This document shows, one piece after another, positions 26,382-40,956 of a DNA stretch of 64,000 nucleotides (its first letter is position 1; every line of letters starts with the position of its first letter). The notes under the pieces are model-generated. The model was given only the letters and a program-made list of their open reading frames with translations, ran no database searches and was not told the DNA's origin. A program made the translations under genes and the position numbers. The stretch comes from Tubulanus polymorphus. Its lineage: Eukaryota > Animalia > Nemertea. The DNA lies in assembly GCF_964204645.1 (NCBI RefSeq), contig NC_134025.1, positions 20,187,101-20,251,100 on the forward strand. The letters are read 5' to 3'.

Positions 26382-26667
26382 CTTCGATATCGTTGTGTAT
26401 GATTTGATTGTGTTCTAGGTAGGCAAGCACAGATACCAATTGCTTGGCGAACAGGATTACGTAATATTGCCCTAGTCCTGAATATCGACTGCACGGGCGT
26501 TTGGGCAACATTTTCATGTGATTGATTAAGTTTGTACCCTGTACGCACTCCATCAACACGTGAACCGTACTGCAATCCAAAACTACGCCGCAAATTTGCA
26601 CTAGATTCTTGTGCGCTAAACCGAAGAAGAGACGAACTTCATCCGGGTAGAAATTCTGCAATGGAAC
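26382..26667 (-). CDS. Kinase gene exon (subdomain III-VIb), MAP3K8/MAP3K14-like
   Basis: VPLQNFYPDEVRLFFGLAHKNLVQICGVV..VHVLMECVQG..LAYLEHNQIIHNDIE; resembles NIK/Tpl2 layout. Confidence 0.85.
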
Positions 26668-26932
26668 CTAAAAGGTAAGCAAGAAAAAAGAATGAGATGT
26701 GGAACTATTTTAACAATATACAAGAGAAGTCCGCAGTTGAGATTCCACTTGTGGCAAGTGAGGATCCACAAGCGGCAAGAGTGTGCATTAGGACATATAA
26801 GGCTTTTTTAAATTAGTTGGAGCACGGATATCCGCCGCCGTTATTTGGGTCATTTTGGTAATTAGGAAATTTCTTTTTTTAATTTTTATTTCCGTCGCCC
26901 TTCCACATAAATTCTCACGTTGTAAAAAATTT

Positions 26933-27922
26933 ATTTTTAGGCCAGCCGTAGGCTGAGCCTATTACTATACAAATGAAGCGAATTTAAATGACATGGTTTC
27001 CAGAGGAAAGGCTCTTTGAATGGGCAACTGGGCATATATTCATACAGATCATTCATTAAAGCATTATCCATTCTCCAAACTTTACGCATCTGAATTTTGA
27101 AAGAGGGCCTCGTTAAAATTTATATGAGCTTTTTCGCGAATATATCTGATCGCAAAAATATTGGTTTTGAATAGCCAATCAGAAAGCAAAGACTCCTCTA
27201 TGATTGGCTTAGCCGCAGAAATCAGCAGGTGTTCAATTCAATTCAATATTTATTTCACGGAAAAGCAGAACAAAAAAATCATAAGAAAACTAAACAAATT
27301 TAAGAGAGAACGAGAAAATAAAACAAATTTACAAATATTATGTTCATGTGAACCAGCGGTATCGTCTACCGTTTTACTACCGGGTTTTATTTTCGGATCT
27401 TAAATTGTATTTCAAGATCGATTTCTGTGAAAGCTTTTAGTTGATTTGGTTTTTGGGAGGAATATTTTTATTAGCACTACAGAAAATATCATTGACAATT
27501 GTGCAAAGTCCGGAAGAATTCCTTTTACTCAAATCGGATAGATGACCTTGATATGCTAATTATCCATGTGCTCAAACTACAAATTCAATCAAATTTTAAA
27601 AATTTCTGCATAAAAATATCCAATTCAATTTTACTTTATTGAACAAATAAAAACACCAAATCCAATTCAATTTTGTTTTATTGGCCAAATTTCAGAAAAT
27701 TCTATTCTATTCTGCATTAAAATCAATGAGACCCAGGGAAAAGATTTATCTGAGGTATTTGTTCCTGCCAGATCCTGGCAGTCTACTTTTGTATTCTATG
27801 ATTGTTTTGTGTAAATTATTAGGTATTGTCTTCTGGGAGTGTATTTTGATAAATTTAACCCACAGAATGCATCATCATTTGCCATTTTATGAAAAGCTGA
27901 CAGGCTGGCCATAGTGCCCCTT
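26933..27922 (-). repeat. Inverted copy of the 17985-19010 element
   Basis: Reverse-complement similarity along ~1 kb. Confidence 0.8.
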
Positions 27923-29540
27923 GGGGCTCTTGTTTATATTTATTTTGACCGCCTTCCATCCTAAAATTGAATTTCTGTATGAAAAAATAAAAAATTTGTT
28001 TGTTCTGTCTCTCATAGGACATCAAATTCATGAAAATGAATTTGATTTGAATTTGAATTGAATAATTTGATGGTTACATGTGATTTGAATAGGCATCTGT
28101 GCTGGTTTTTCAAAAAGTCGAATCTTAATTGACTCCTATTACATAGGCCTAAGCCAGGACCTCTGTAATTGAATTGAATTCGACACAGTAATTCGCCTGT
28201 AATTTGCGAAAAATCTTTTTGAAAAGTAGCATGAAGATTGGGTCTGGCAAGATGTCCACCCCTATTGTTAAAAAATGTCATTGGTGATCAAATATGGCTG
28301 CCATTATTGGGGTGGCCATCTTGAATTTCTTGTTTGCACGATACAGCCCGTAATTCTTGATGGATTTCCACACAATTTGGTGTGAGGATCAGGGTCAAGC
28401 TGTCCATGCATTTTGTATATGGAGGTCATCGGTCTTCAAATATGGCCGCCAGTTCAGCCATGTTGAATTTCTAGCACGAAACGGCCTGCAATTCTTGATG
28501 CATTTTCAAGATAGGCCTACTAGGTGTAAGAATTTTGGTAGGTGAAATGTCAACCCCTTATTGAAAATTGAGTTCAAGTATGGCCACATGGGTTGCCACC
28601 CATCTTGGATTTCTTTTTCAGCACGATGCCTACACCAATTCTTGATGCATTTTTTCATGTAGTGCGATCTTTGGGACAGCTAAAATGGGCTTCTCTCTTC
28701 ATGTAAGGATATATTAACAGAAAATGAACATTATCGCCACATACGTAGCCTATACCTCTTAACTATTTCAAAACTTGTTACATCGTTACAATGTAAATCA
28801 TTCTGTAAAACTTTGAATACTGAATCATTCTTCTTCTACTGCGTCATGAAGGTACAAGGCCCGTGGGCCTCTTGTATTGTTTCTTCTTCACCCTTCCACA
28901 TTAGTATATAAAATAGCAATAAAAAATGATTTTTAGGGTTTTCTGTTTCTTCACAGAAAACCCTATTGAAATTCGCGTGATTATTATTTTTTTTTTCCCT
29001 TTTCCACATAGTTTTTGTTAAAAGTGTAAAGGCTTCCTTACCTTACCGCTGTCGCCGATACAATCTGTATGATGTCCTTCAGCTCACTTCAATCTCCAGA
29101 TACTGCATGGGAATTTTGATAAATCCACGTTATAAAGGCACTGTCGAGCCGTAAACATCAGAAATTTGGCTCCATTCAATTAGTAGCCATGTTGTGTTTT
29201 CTTACCGATATTTCTCTCTTCTTTTCGAGGAAGAGCTATCGAATAATTCCCTCTCTTCTCCACAATCAATTTCAAAGTCAATTTTATGAATTTATTGCTC
29301 AGCGGGTCCGAGTCCAAGAGTTTACGAGTCCGGCGTTCGCGTGTCTGACAGGTTTACGGGCATTTGTTTGTTACCTCTTTAATATTTTTGATTTCTTGTT
29401 ATTCCGGTTATTTTATTTAAGTATATTGCTGATCAGTTCATGTAACCAAAAGCGTCAATAAACAGACTTTGAATTGATCAAGTTTAAATCAAGGTCGTTG
29501 AGTCGCGGAAGGCTACTAGAATTACGTTCGTCTTCGTCTC

Positions 29541-32500
29541 CTCTTTCTAAAACTGTACAAAAACTAATGCTATTCTCAAGTTTGGGTACTAGTCAGGCAT
29601 CAGACCACAATTAGGTTAGTAGCTCGAAGATGCGTAGGGCCGGACCCCAAAAATAGTACCTAGAGTGAAGAAGAGGTCCCCCATAAATGTTGCCATAATT
29701 TCTGCAAATGGGATAGGTAACGAATTTCGGTTATATGTATGAAATCCATTGATCCTGAGAGACAGATTGATGATGAAATAAGGGATTCCCTGGACTTTTT
29801 TTGCTTGGAGTAAGGGTACCAAACACGGTGGGGGATTCCCTTAGATATTTGGCTCGGATGTACTGGCATACCTGTACTGGGATACCCCTCCTTTCTAACG
29901 GTTTGATTATTTCAAAAGTTAGGTTGGGTATGTGGGGCGAAAACCACTTCAATGCGTAGCTAAGATGCTGGCCTATGAGCCATAAGCAGGATTTCCCCTG
30001 AATTTACGCGCTTATATATGAACTAAACTCTCGAATTTCTTGTTTTTACTATAGGATATAGAAGATTTTGGAATAGTGGTCTGAGCTCTGACAGCCAATA
30101 CAGCCAAAATAACAAATTTTGAAGTTTTGATGAAATTTCACAAATAATTTTTATCTTATACATCTTTTGCACATATAAGTCGTCTTGAGGCATTCATTGA
30201 GACCTAATTCGCTGATTTTAATCAGTTCCATGGTAGGATTTGGTAATATTTTTGCTTGTAGAAGGCTAGAATCGCAGATTTCGGTCAATTTTTAGGCATG
30301 AACCGTAAGATATTTTCTCGTAGGAGGCTCGGTCTAGGCTCATAAATTTATTTCATAAAGGCCATCCTTGCCCATGCAGAATAATCACATTAATTCAGCT
30401 TTCTTTGATTAAGTTATCTAGTTTGGTTGACTTTTTGGTGCCAGATACTGTCAGGAATTTAAGGGGTAGGGGAAATGCATATTTTCGTTGAAACCATGGC
30501 AACCGAAAGGACATTGTCAGAGGCCAGTTGTGATATTTTTCCTAACTAGTACTGGTGACAACTAGGCTTGGTATATAAAATTCGTCCCGGCCGAAGGCCT
30601 GTGGACGCAGTAGGGTGCATTCGAATTAGGCCTTCAGCGCAAGAAAACGCCAAATCTAAAGGTTTCAGCCAATTCGATGATGAAAATGGCATTTTTTTAA
30701 AAAAATGCTTAAAGATTGTGTTTCTGATTTTTATCCATAGCCATATATTTATATCCATCAGTGAAAAAAATCTATCAAGTATTCAGAAAATGTTGTATAA
30801 TTGTTTTATTCATATTTTGAAATGAATGTTTGACTTAGATGATATTGATAGAAAACTTGGATTTTGTCGCATACGCGCGATTTGTGCATTAGCATGTATT
30901 TCCATGTGTAATTGGCCGAGAGCTATTGTATTGCGTTGTATAACTAGGGTGTCTCCACTCTTTCTAAAACTGTACAAAAACTAATGCTATTCTCAAGTTT
31001 GGGTACTAGTCAGGCATCAGACCACAATTAGGTTAGTAGCTCGAAGATGCGTAGGGCCGGACCCCAAAAATAGTACCTAGAGTGAAGAAGAGGTCCCCCA
31101 TAAATGTTGCCATAATTTCTGCAAATGGGATAGGTAACGAATTTCGGTTATATGTATGAAATCCATTGATCCTGAGAGACAGATTGATGATGAAATAAGG
31201 GATTCCCTGGACTTTTTTTGCTTGAAGTAAGGGTACCAAACACGGTGGGGGATTCCCTTAGATATTTGGCTCGGATGTACTGGCATACCTGTACTGGGAT
31301 ACCCCTCCTTTCTAAAGGTTTGATTATTTCAAAAGTTAGGTTGGGTATGTGGGGCAAAAACCACTTCAATGCGTAGCTAAGATGCTGGCCTATGAGCCAT
31401 AAGCAGGATTTCCCCTGAATTTACGCGCTTATATATGAACTAAACTCTCGAATTTCTTGTTTTTACTATAGGATATAGAAGATTTTGGAATAGTGGTCTG
31501 AGCTCTGACAGCCAATACAGCCAAAATAACAAATTTTGAAGTTTTGATGAAATTTCACAAATAATTTTTATCTTATACATCTTTTGCACATATAAGTCGT
31601 CTTGAGGCATTCATTGAGACCTAATTCGCTGATTTTAATCAGTTCCATGGTAGGATTTGGTAATATTTTTGCTTGTAGAAGGCTAGAATCGCAGATTTCG
31701 GTCAATTTTTAGGCATGAACCGTAAGATATTTTCTCGTAGGAGGCTCGGTCTAGGCTCATAAATTTATTTCATAAAGGCCATCCTTGCCCATGCAGAATA
31801 ATCACATTAATTCAGCTTTCTTTGATTAAGTTATCTAGTTTGGTTGACTTTTTGGTGCCAGATACTGTCAGGAATTTAAGGGGTAGGGGAAATGCATATT
31901 TTCGTTGAAACCATGGCAACCGAAAGGACATTGTCAGAGGCCAGTTGTGATATTTTTCCTAACTAGTACTGGTGACAACTAGGCTTGGTATATAAAATTC
32001 GTCCCGGCCGAAGGCCTGTGGACGCAGTAGGGTGCATTCGAATTAGGCCTTCAGCGCAAGAAAACGCCAAATCTAAAGGTTTCAGCCAATTCGATGATGA
32101 AAATGGCATTTTTTTAAAAAAATGCTTAAAGATTGTGTTTCTGATTTTTATCCATAGCCATATATTTATATCCATCAGTGAAAAAAATCTATCAAGTATT
32201 CAGAAAATGTTGTATAATTGTTTTATTCATATTTTGAAATGAATGTTTGACTTAGATGATATTGATAGAAAACTTGGATTTTGTCGCATACGCGCGATTT
32301 GTGCATTAGCATGTATTTCCATGTGTAATTGGCCGAGAGCTATTGTATTGCGTTGTATAACTAGGGTGTCTCCACTCTTTCTAAAACTGTACAAAAACTA
32401 ATGCTATTCTCAAGTTTGGGTACTAGTCAGGCATCAGACCACAATTAGGTTAGTAGCTCGAAGATGCGTAGGGCCGGACCCCAAAAATAGTACCTAGAGT

Positions 32501-32922
32501 GAAGAAGAGGTCCCCCATAAATGTTGCCATAATTTCTGCAAATGGGATAGGTAACGAATTTCGGTTATATGTATGAAATCCATTGATCCTGAGAGACAGA
32601 TTGATGATGAAATAAGGGATTCCCTGGACTTTTTTTGCTTGAAGTAAGGGTACCAAACACGGTGGGGGATTCCCTTAGATATTTGGCTCGGATGTACTGG
32701 CATACCTGTACTGGGATACCCCTCCTTTCTAAAGGTTTGATTATTTCAAAAGTTAGGTTGGGTATGTGGGGCAAAAACCACTTCAATGCGTAGCTAAGAT
32801 GCTGGCCTATGAGCCATAAGCAGGATTTCCCCTGAATTTACGCGCTTATATATGAACTAAACTCTCGAATTTCTTGTTTTTACTATAGGATATAGAAGAT
32901 TTTGGAATAGTGGTCTGAGCTC
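29541..32922. repeat. Tandem array of a 1417-bp unit, ~2.4 copies
   Basis: Units start at 29541, 30958 and 32375 (ctctttctaaaactgtac); near-identical. Confidence 0.95.
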
Positions 32923-34659
32923 AGAGAGAAAACAAACGACAGAAAAGTATCAGGTGATTATCGATAGCCTACAACGGTACACACAGTTGACAAACAGTGT
33001 TAGGCCTGTGCCGGTTGGTGCGTACTGGGACTAAATATACTGGTTGGTCAGTTGGTTCGGTTGTGAAGTGTGGAAGCTAAGATTATAAGAAAGCCTACCG
33101 GTATTTATTTGTCTATAGGCCTAATATGTAAAAGATGAAATCTAAGTGACGGACGCTTCGTCACTGCAGCTTGATTTAATTTTCACGACTAAGATTAAGA
33201 AATCATAACGATTCGAAAACAACCTCGTTCACGTATGGAGTGTAACAAAAACACTCAAAATAGTGTCAGTGACTAAAGGAACACCGAGAAAATTAATTGT
33301 TGTCAATGAAACTGGAAAGAAACTCTTACTAACTCTTAAAGTCTATCAATTTTATTTCGATGTTGAAATTGTTCTGTAGATTTGGGCCCCGAGCATTAAA
33401 TTATTGAAGAAATTAAATCAATTCTTATTGTTAAGCTTGGAAAAATGAAAACTGATGCCATGTAGTTAAGTGGTGGGGGAAAGAAAGATGAAACTTCAAC
33501 TTTAAGGTTCGATTAATTTCTGGTTATTAAAAATTTTGGCTTATATTTTGATTAGGAAAATTATGACGAACCTGTTCATTTGATCTGTAGATCAAATGAA
33601 ATTCAATTTTCTATGAAAATAACTTGACCCATTTCTTAACTAAATATAAACTGGTGTTTGGCTACCCGGGACAGGTCGGTTTACCACTGCTAAAAAGATT
33701 ACTATTTCGATTTGTATCAGGAATTTTTCAATGGTTTATAAACCACTTTGTAAAACCCGAAATGTAAAAACCGACATTATGGTGAAACTGAGACGGTTTG
33801 CAAGATTGAAGAATTTGACCTGGTGTTAATTTAGAAATGAGCTCCATTTGAAAAGTAAAGGAAGACGAGAAAAAATGAAAGACACGTTGAAACGCTTCGA
33901 TCGCATAAAAAAATCGAATAAATTATCAGCAGTAAAATTTAAATGTCAATACAAAAATTGATTTCTCTCGCAAAAAATATTTATTTGTTTCTAATTCTCG
34001 GGGGTATGTCGAGTACCGGGAATCTACGGCTCAAAATTAATAGAGCACGTGGCCAGCGGTACCGAATTCCTTATTTGGTGAAAGAAGGGGCGGAGACTAA
34101 TGTTTTTGCCGACCGCGATGTCGCTGCTCCGCGGAGCGAGACCGTGCCGCCTTGAAATTTTAAGCAAATCGTACGACAACGTGACTCATCGCAGTTTTAG
34201 GGTAATTAAACTTGATAAATGATCACATATCTCAGCGCTGCGGCTGGGGTTGACTGTCGCACGCGCGTGCGAGAGCGTAATTCTCCGGGATTCGAACCTG
34301 CGATGGCTGAACCGGGCCCCGGCGCGTGGTTTGTTTATTATGAATTCGCTCCCCATTGCTAAGGGAATTTCAGCTATTTTCGAACTCGTTCGATCAACGC
34401 GGTTCATTGTTAAACTATTCATCGACCCAATCTTGTTCGAAATTTCATGAAATAAATAAATTCTGAAATAACCCGATCCATAAATTGCCTTATTTTAGTT
34501 ATTTCGCTGCCGGATTTTAGCGTGACGTAATTCTACTTCCGATTTCCCCATGAACTTCAAACCGGACGTCAAGTGACATCATTTTTTTCTGACTTTGTCA
34601 GCTAGTCAGAATCGGTTAAGAAGACACTTCGTAGTATCCACATATACGCGTTTACCAAA

Positions 34660-35040
34660 GGGACGTCCTCCGGGCGCCTTCGGCGCCCGTCTATTATATA
34701 GAAGCCAATACCATTTTAAGTACGTAGTTGTTAACCGCACGTGACTGTACGGTGATCTCCACAGGTTAACCGCGTACGTGAGGTCCCTACTAAGTATATA
34801 ATGCCATACGTGAGTTCCTAGTAGCCAATACCATTTTAAGTAGGAAATTGTAACGCGTACGTGACTGTACGGTGATATCCACAGGTTAACCGTACGTGAG
34901 TTCCCTACTAACGCTGTACGTGAGTTCCTAGTAGCCAATACCATTTTAAGTACGAAATTATAACGCGTACGTGAATGTACGGTGATATCCACAGGTTAAC
35001 CGTACGTGAGTTCCCTAAAAACGCTGTACGTGAGTTCCTA
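34660..35040. repeat. Hairpin followed by degenerate tandem repeats
   Basis: gggcgccttcggcgccc hairpin, then ~120-bp repeats containing gtacgtgagttcc and ccacaggttaaccg. Confidence 0.7.
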
Positions 35041-35131
35041 TAATCTGGAAACGCGCATGCGTAAAAGAATAGAGTTTGGGTTAGGTGAGGCTAGGCTATT
35101 TGTAAATCAAATTTCATCCACCAACCAGTTA

Positions 35132-35205
35132 CGTTCTGTGGCACAGTGGGTAAATCACTGGACTACTACTGGATTTTTTTTTCGTTTGGTTTCGAATCCC
35201 AATAT
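35132..35205 (+). repeat. Degenerate tRNA-derived (SINE-like) head
   Basis: A-box-like TGGCACAGTGG and B-box-like GGTTTCGAATCC; no intact cloverleaf. Confidence 0.4.
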
Positions 35206-36330
35206 TGCAAGTCTGAGCGTCAACGTACTCACATATGGCTAACCTGTAGAAATCACCGTACAGTCACGTACAGGTAACAACAGCGTTTTAAGTATTAAGT
35301 GAGTACGACAAGCCTACCATGCATATGTACTACAAACACAACTTTTTCCCTCTCGTCGGCCCTACAGTGATGTTACTATAACTGGTGCCATTATAATATG
35401 GATAGGATTTGGTCAGGACTAGCCTAAAGTCTAATTCAGTCTATGTACTAATTCACTCCATAGGCCTATTTTTAAAACAATACAGTGAAATATTCACATG
35501 CAGAAAGGCTAATTGATTTGAGCCATGTGATTAAGTTTGGCCAGGCCTTCTCTGACCTGCTGACATTAATAGTCAAACCAAAACGTTCATGTGGTCACGG
35601 CTTGTATTACCAGAAATCATTGTAGGCCTGTACATTTTGCTGTTCGTAGGTTTGGTATACCGATTTCTCCATTCTTGACTGATAAGTGTACGGTACAGCT
35701 GTACGCATTATATAATTGTTCCAATGGGAATAGGGCCTATTGATTGGGCTTATTATTTCCTGCTTTAGAGTACTGAAATAAACCTAATGTTCATTCAAAT
35801 ATCCAACATCGGTGAAAGTTTGATTAATACTGTATACATGTACTGTAGGTTTTCATGTTGTATGAATATTTTGCAGTTCAAATGGGTATGATGCTGATTC
35901 CAATGTCAAACGCATGAAGTTAGATGGTCAAGGACAGTCAACACCAAGATATCTCTCTTCGACCGATGTTGTACCATAGAAGATCTGATTCTTTCAACTC
36001 AAGGAAAGTGATTCAACACAATCGACATAACACTGGAATAGGTTTGCAGTAACTAACCGTTCATTTCATTTAGTCCTATGTACTTTTTAGCCAATTTGGA
36101 TTTGATTGTAATTGAAACTCTGGAACTGTTAACAAAAGACAAGTAAGACAAGTTGAAAAAACACAAGTTATGCTTGATTCTCATGTTCAAATTTAATTCA
36201 AATTTATTTTATTACATCATATTTACAAAGCATATCATTGGTTCATACAGTAATAAAAATTAGGGCAGAACAAATATTATTACAGAAACTCCAAAAAGGC
36301 AATGAATTTCTATGACTAAATGAACATTAT

Positions 36331-36886
36331 TTTTAGCCCACTTGGGACTTTAGTCCCAGCGGGCTATTGCGTTCACTTTTCGTCCGTCGTCCGTCCGTAG
36401 ACGGAAATCAGTTATTTTAGGAAGTTTTGAAGACGCTTCAATGTAATGTCTTGATATTTGGGTTTCACATGTATCTACCCTAGACACATCTTCAGCTCAA
36501 AAACTGGCCCTGTCAGAATCAAGATGGCCGACTGGCAGCCATTGTTGTTCGCCAAAATCAACACTTTACACATTTTTGAACTTTTTGAGGGAAATTTTGA
36601 AATGCTTTGATCAATTACCTTGATCTTTCGGATATATGTGAATGCCCCTGGGCCCATCAGCATAACAAAAATTGGGATACGGACTCAAGATGGCCGTCCT
36701 ATGACCTTTTTTAGTGCCCAAAAATGTCAATTTTGGCCCGAATTCTGAGTTTGCAATTTCTCATTGCAATTTGTGATGGGTATTCTTTGAAAAGGGATGT
36801 TTTATACCTTTGATACCTGAATTGTTAGATTGTTGAGCATTTGGAACCACTTCCCAAGTGGGCATGGTGTCCCTGGACCCCTAGTT
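36331..36886 (+). mobile_element. HINE copy lacking the central tandem array
   Basis: Both termini present, 120-bp repeats absent. Confidence 0.75.
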
Positions 36887-37221
36887 CTAATAACTCAGAT
36901 CAAGAGTGACTCTCCCGTTTATTAGGAAACACACGCAACTAGTGGAATAGGTTTGATTTACACACATGTTGCAGGTATCAATTGTTTATCAATGTAGAAT
37001 TTGTAATCCATAAAAGCCAAAATCAACATCAGCCGGAAACCCAGACCAAATCAATTCATAATTTATTGATTGAATCTACACTACGATATATGTATTTATT
37101 CAAATATTTCAATAAAAACATTAACTTCTTAAATCTAATCTATTCTAAATCATAATACGTTCTTATCTGTGAATTCACTCAATCTATCGGCTCAGCAGGT
37201 GCTTAAGATGAGTTCTTAATA

Positions 37222-37943
37222 CAGAGATGAGAATTCCCCGCGGATCCGCGGTTTCCCGCGGATTTCAGTATTGAAAAATATCAATTTTCCAAATAGTCCA
37301 AAAATGATGTAAAAGTATGGGGGGGGGGGGGTGATGATCTCACTCAATTGGTCCGGCGCGATCGGTAATCAGGTGAACCGTAAAAGCGTTCAGTGCCTGT
37401 TTTACTTATCGTCACGTAAAAGTATCGCATTTCAATGCATATTCATTGCAACACAGTGATTTTGTATGTACATTTGTACTACGATGAGTTTGTATGTATT
37501 TTATCGATCGGTTGCAGACACGCACGCACAGCAACAGTAGTAACGTATATAGGTCTACTTACTGTTGCTGCGTGTGTGTGGCGAACGCTTTCGGATATTA
37601 TACACTACTTGGTGATGATTTTTAGTGAGCATTCATCGGCGCATTTTTACTGCAATAATTCAAGGCTCGACCCGTAATGCATGAGATGCTGAATGTCATC
37701 AAATGAGGATGTACCACATTGGAACTAGCCATTACCTTCCAAAATATAATAGTCGTTCATGGGTTCGAGATCGCTCTAAGTGCTCGGAAAACGTATTTAA
37801 TTTCTAAAATTTTCTTGGGGGTGGGCCCCCGAACCCCCCCGAAATAGCTTCGCGCCTTCGGCGCTCGCTAGTGTTGACTGGTTCGCGTATGTCACTCAAG
37901 AAAAATAACCCGCGGATTTTACAGGTCGGCGTTCTCATCCCTG
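37222..37943. mobile_element. hAT-like MITE with 6-bp TSD
   Basis: CAGAGATGAGAA...TTCTCATCCCTG, TTAATA duplicated. Confidence 0.7.
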
Positions 37944-38458
37944 TTAATAGGACAGATCCATTTTTAAGGATGGTGATAATACAGTATCATGATGTTTGAA
38001 TGCCAAAATAAGTGCCTGGTCAAATATATTAATATTTGTGATTGTACGTCCACGTATGTTCGGTTTCAAAGCTGAATCATATTTGATGTTTACACAGTGG
38101 TTGCATATTAGGTTCGAATCTGTCAATGCATTTTATTCTATGTATCGATATTTCAATTTACTACAATTCCCATCATTCTGAATGGCTTTACAGAAAACCC
38201 GTCATCGCTGCTTTGCAGCTATATTTTTATTTTATTTTTTCCCATTCACCCTTCCATATTTTGTTATATGAAATACCAAAAGATTTTTATTTTTTATTTT
38301 TTTTCTTCACCCTTCCAAAATTTTCCATTAAAAATCTGTGCTCCAACAACTAATTTAAAAAAGGCCTAATGCTGGATGTACGTATTTTAAAACCTATCAA
38401 TAATTTTCTCAATAATAAATACAATTAGATCGTAAATGATTTTTATAGATTTACATAC

Positions 38459-38611
38459 GTCTTTTTGACAGTAAGGCAGACGGCTGCATCGTTGTTCGTC
38501 GCTGTTGTAATCCTGTAGTTCACGAACCTGACCGTACGACCCGGAATCCAGGACTCGCGTCGTCGCAAACTGAACACCTTCCAAGTGGTTTCCATCTTGG
38601 ATCAGTATTTG
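38459..38611 (-). CDS. Kinase gene exon (subdomain I-II)
   Basis: QILIQDG..RVLDSGSYGQV..YCQKD; ttgcag/gtatgt boundaries, phase 0. Confidence 0.75.
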
Positions 38612-39002
38612 CTGCAAGAATCAATAATCACAACCACTTTATGTCATGATCAACCAAGCAGTCTGTAGAATTTCATTAATCACCATTTCTACGGCAAAAT
38701 TCATTGTAAGTTTTCTAATTGTTGATATTTTTCTGTGTTTTTACAAATCTTTTTGAAACAATCATTACTTCCATGGCTTAACAATTGAAGAACTTCCTCA
38801 CTCAATAAACTTAGTAGTTCTTCCAACAAAGAATCTTAGATAGCCACCAGTGTGAATGGGATCAAATGCACTTAATGATCTTGAATGAGATTGAATACTA
38901 CAGAACTGCCATATCCACAGCAAATCAAAGTGCGACAAGAAACCTAGGAGCACTATCCCTTAACTACATTGTGGGGTATGATCGGAATTTCAGATTATTC
39001 AC

Positions 39003-39290
39003 CGTTTTCCATTCACTGGAAATGACACCCATTTGACGAGTAGCATCGTTGATATCGTGGCATGAAATCTGTCGCTTCTTGATTTCCATGAGCAACTCTA
39101 AGAAGTCGTCGGCAGGTTGGTCGCTATAAAAAACCAGGCCCGGCAGATATGGCACCGGCTGTTGGATAGTCGTCTGCCGATTAACGGTCATCGCCGGAAA
39201 CAATGCTACGCCGCTGTCACCGCCATCTTCGATGTACCGCAAATAAGCTGGAATATTTCTGTGATGGTCGACATTTTGCACGCAAAATTT
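39003..39290 (-). CDS. Kinase gene, N-terminal region exon
   Basis: 288 bp open, tttttcag/gtgaat boundaries, phase 0-0. Confidence 0.55.
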
Positions 39291-40473
39291 CTGAAAAAAA
39301 TGAATCAACTAAAATGTGGAAATTTTTATGTCTCCCCGGGTTGAGCGAACAGTGGCTAGAAATTTAAGTTAGGTGACAAACATTTTCCATACTTCACAAA
39401 CAGCTGAGTTTACTTAATTGTTCATTGAGTCTGAAGAATTATTGGTTTAATCTTGTGCTGTGTCGTGCTAACAAGAAATTCAAGATGGCAAGGCCATATT
39501 TGATGGCTGATGAACTCCATTTTCGATAGGAGTGGATGGACAGCTTACCATCCCTCAATCCTCACACTGAGTTTCATGAAAATCCTTTAAGAATTAGGCA
39601 TTATATCGTGCTTACAAGAAATTCATATGGCTGCCCTGGTGGCCATATCTGATGGCCTATATCCTCCAATAATGGTGGACATCTCACCTGCCCCAATCCT
39701 CACAACTAGGTTCTAGAAAAATCCATCAAGAATTGTAGCCTGTGTCTCACTACTGAGGTGTCAGGGGACGGCACACAGCGCACTCAGAGTGAAATATAAT
39801 ATCTCCCCGGATTTTCAAGAGTCTAAAAACATTTTTATAGCTTTTTTGGGGTAAAAATGTAGGCTAAAAAATCGGCTTATTGGCCGGAAAATACGGAACC
39901 CGGCCGTACTTTTCAGCAATTGCATGATTTCACTTAAGTAGCATTAAAAAGGCTTTATCCTAAAGTAAGCACTTTTCAGATTTGGATAAGACTTGCTACC
40001 AGCCATGATCAGGTTGAAAACAAATTTTTCAGTGTCCCAAATCCGAAAATTCAAAATCAAACAAGTCATCAAATAAGATTCACTTTCACACTCAGTGTAT
40101 GGTATAGATTTCACACTGAAAATTGATTTCACACTTAAAATTGAAACGCAGAAGATGCCCACCTCCACAAATCTCCTTATGATGATATTATAGGGGTGAT
40201 GTCATAATAAGGGCATTTGCTACAATCTGGAGACACTTCTGAAATCCAAGGCAGCTTCCGCAAATTCCCCATAGGACATCATTATCAACTTCCGCAGTGC
40301 TCTTATAGGCCCTTACAGAAGAGATGGCCGCCGAAAAGTTGGATTCATGTAGGCAGCATTCCGCAAACTATTTTTTCTTTGATGAATGAAGTGAAAGCAG
40401 CCATCTTGTTTCACTCGTAGGTATTTTGATGATGTCATAGGGTGATTTATATAATCATGTAATTGTTTCTCAC

Positions 40474-40548
40474 CTCTGGTAATTGATCTAGCGGAAGGTT
40501 TTCATCTTCCTCATCATCTCTTCCATGTGCTTCTAATGCGCTTATATC
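40474..40548 (-). CDS. Kinase gene, small acidic exon
   Basis: DISALEAHGRDDEEDENLPLDQLPE; tgtag/gtgaga boundaries, phase 0-0. Confidence 0.55.
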
Positions 40549-40956
40549 CTACACAGAATACGATCTGATCATTTACAAAGCTACAGCAGCAATGGAGAAT
40601 TCAATTTGTGGCAAGTGAGGGTCCACTAGATGTGGCTAGAGTGTAGTAGGACACCAACTACTGCTGCGTTAAAGGATTCCACTAGTGGCAAGTAGGGTCT
40701 ACCAGGTGTCGCTAGTGTGTAGTACAACATCAACTACTGATCAACAGTCTGTAGAATTTAATCATCCCCCTTAAACGCCATTTTTACATTATATCGCATT
40801 TACTAAAGGAATTAAAGACCAATGAGGCTGAATTGACATCAGTGAAATCAATCATACTACTTTTCGAAATCTATTCGCCATTATTCAATGAAGTTTTCAA
40901 TTGTTGTGATTTTTCCGTGGTTTTACAAAAAAAAGGTGCAGCGCTGGTTGTCGTAC

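Noticed and set aside
29616-32786. Repeated 68-85 aa ORFs in the 1417-bp array
   Set aside because: Overlapping frames, non-ATG starts, no recognisable motif
16490-38125. Isolated GGTTCGAATC motifs outside the LTR element (near 16497, 34290, 38110)
   Set aside because: Single, unclustered copies; they also caution that the lone copies at 56361 and 58972 could be chance
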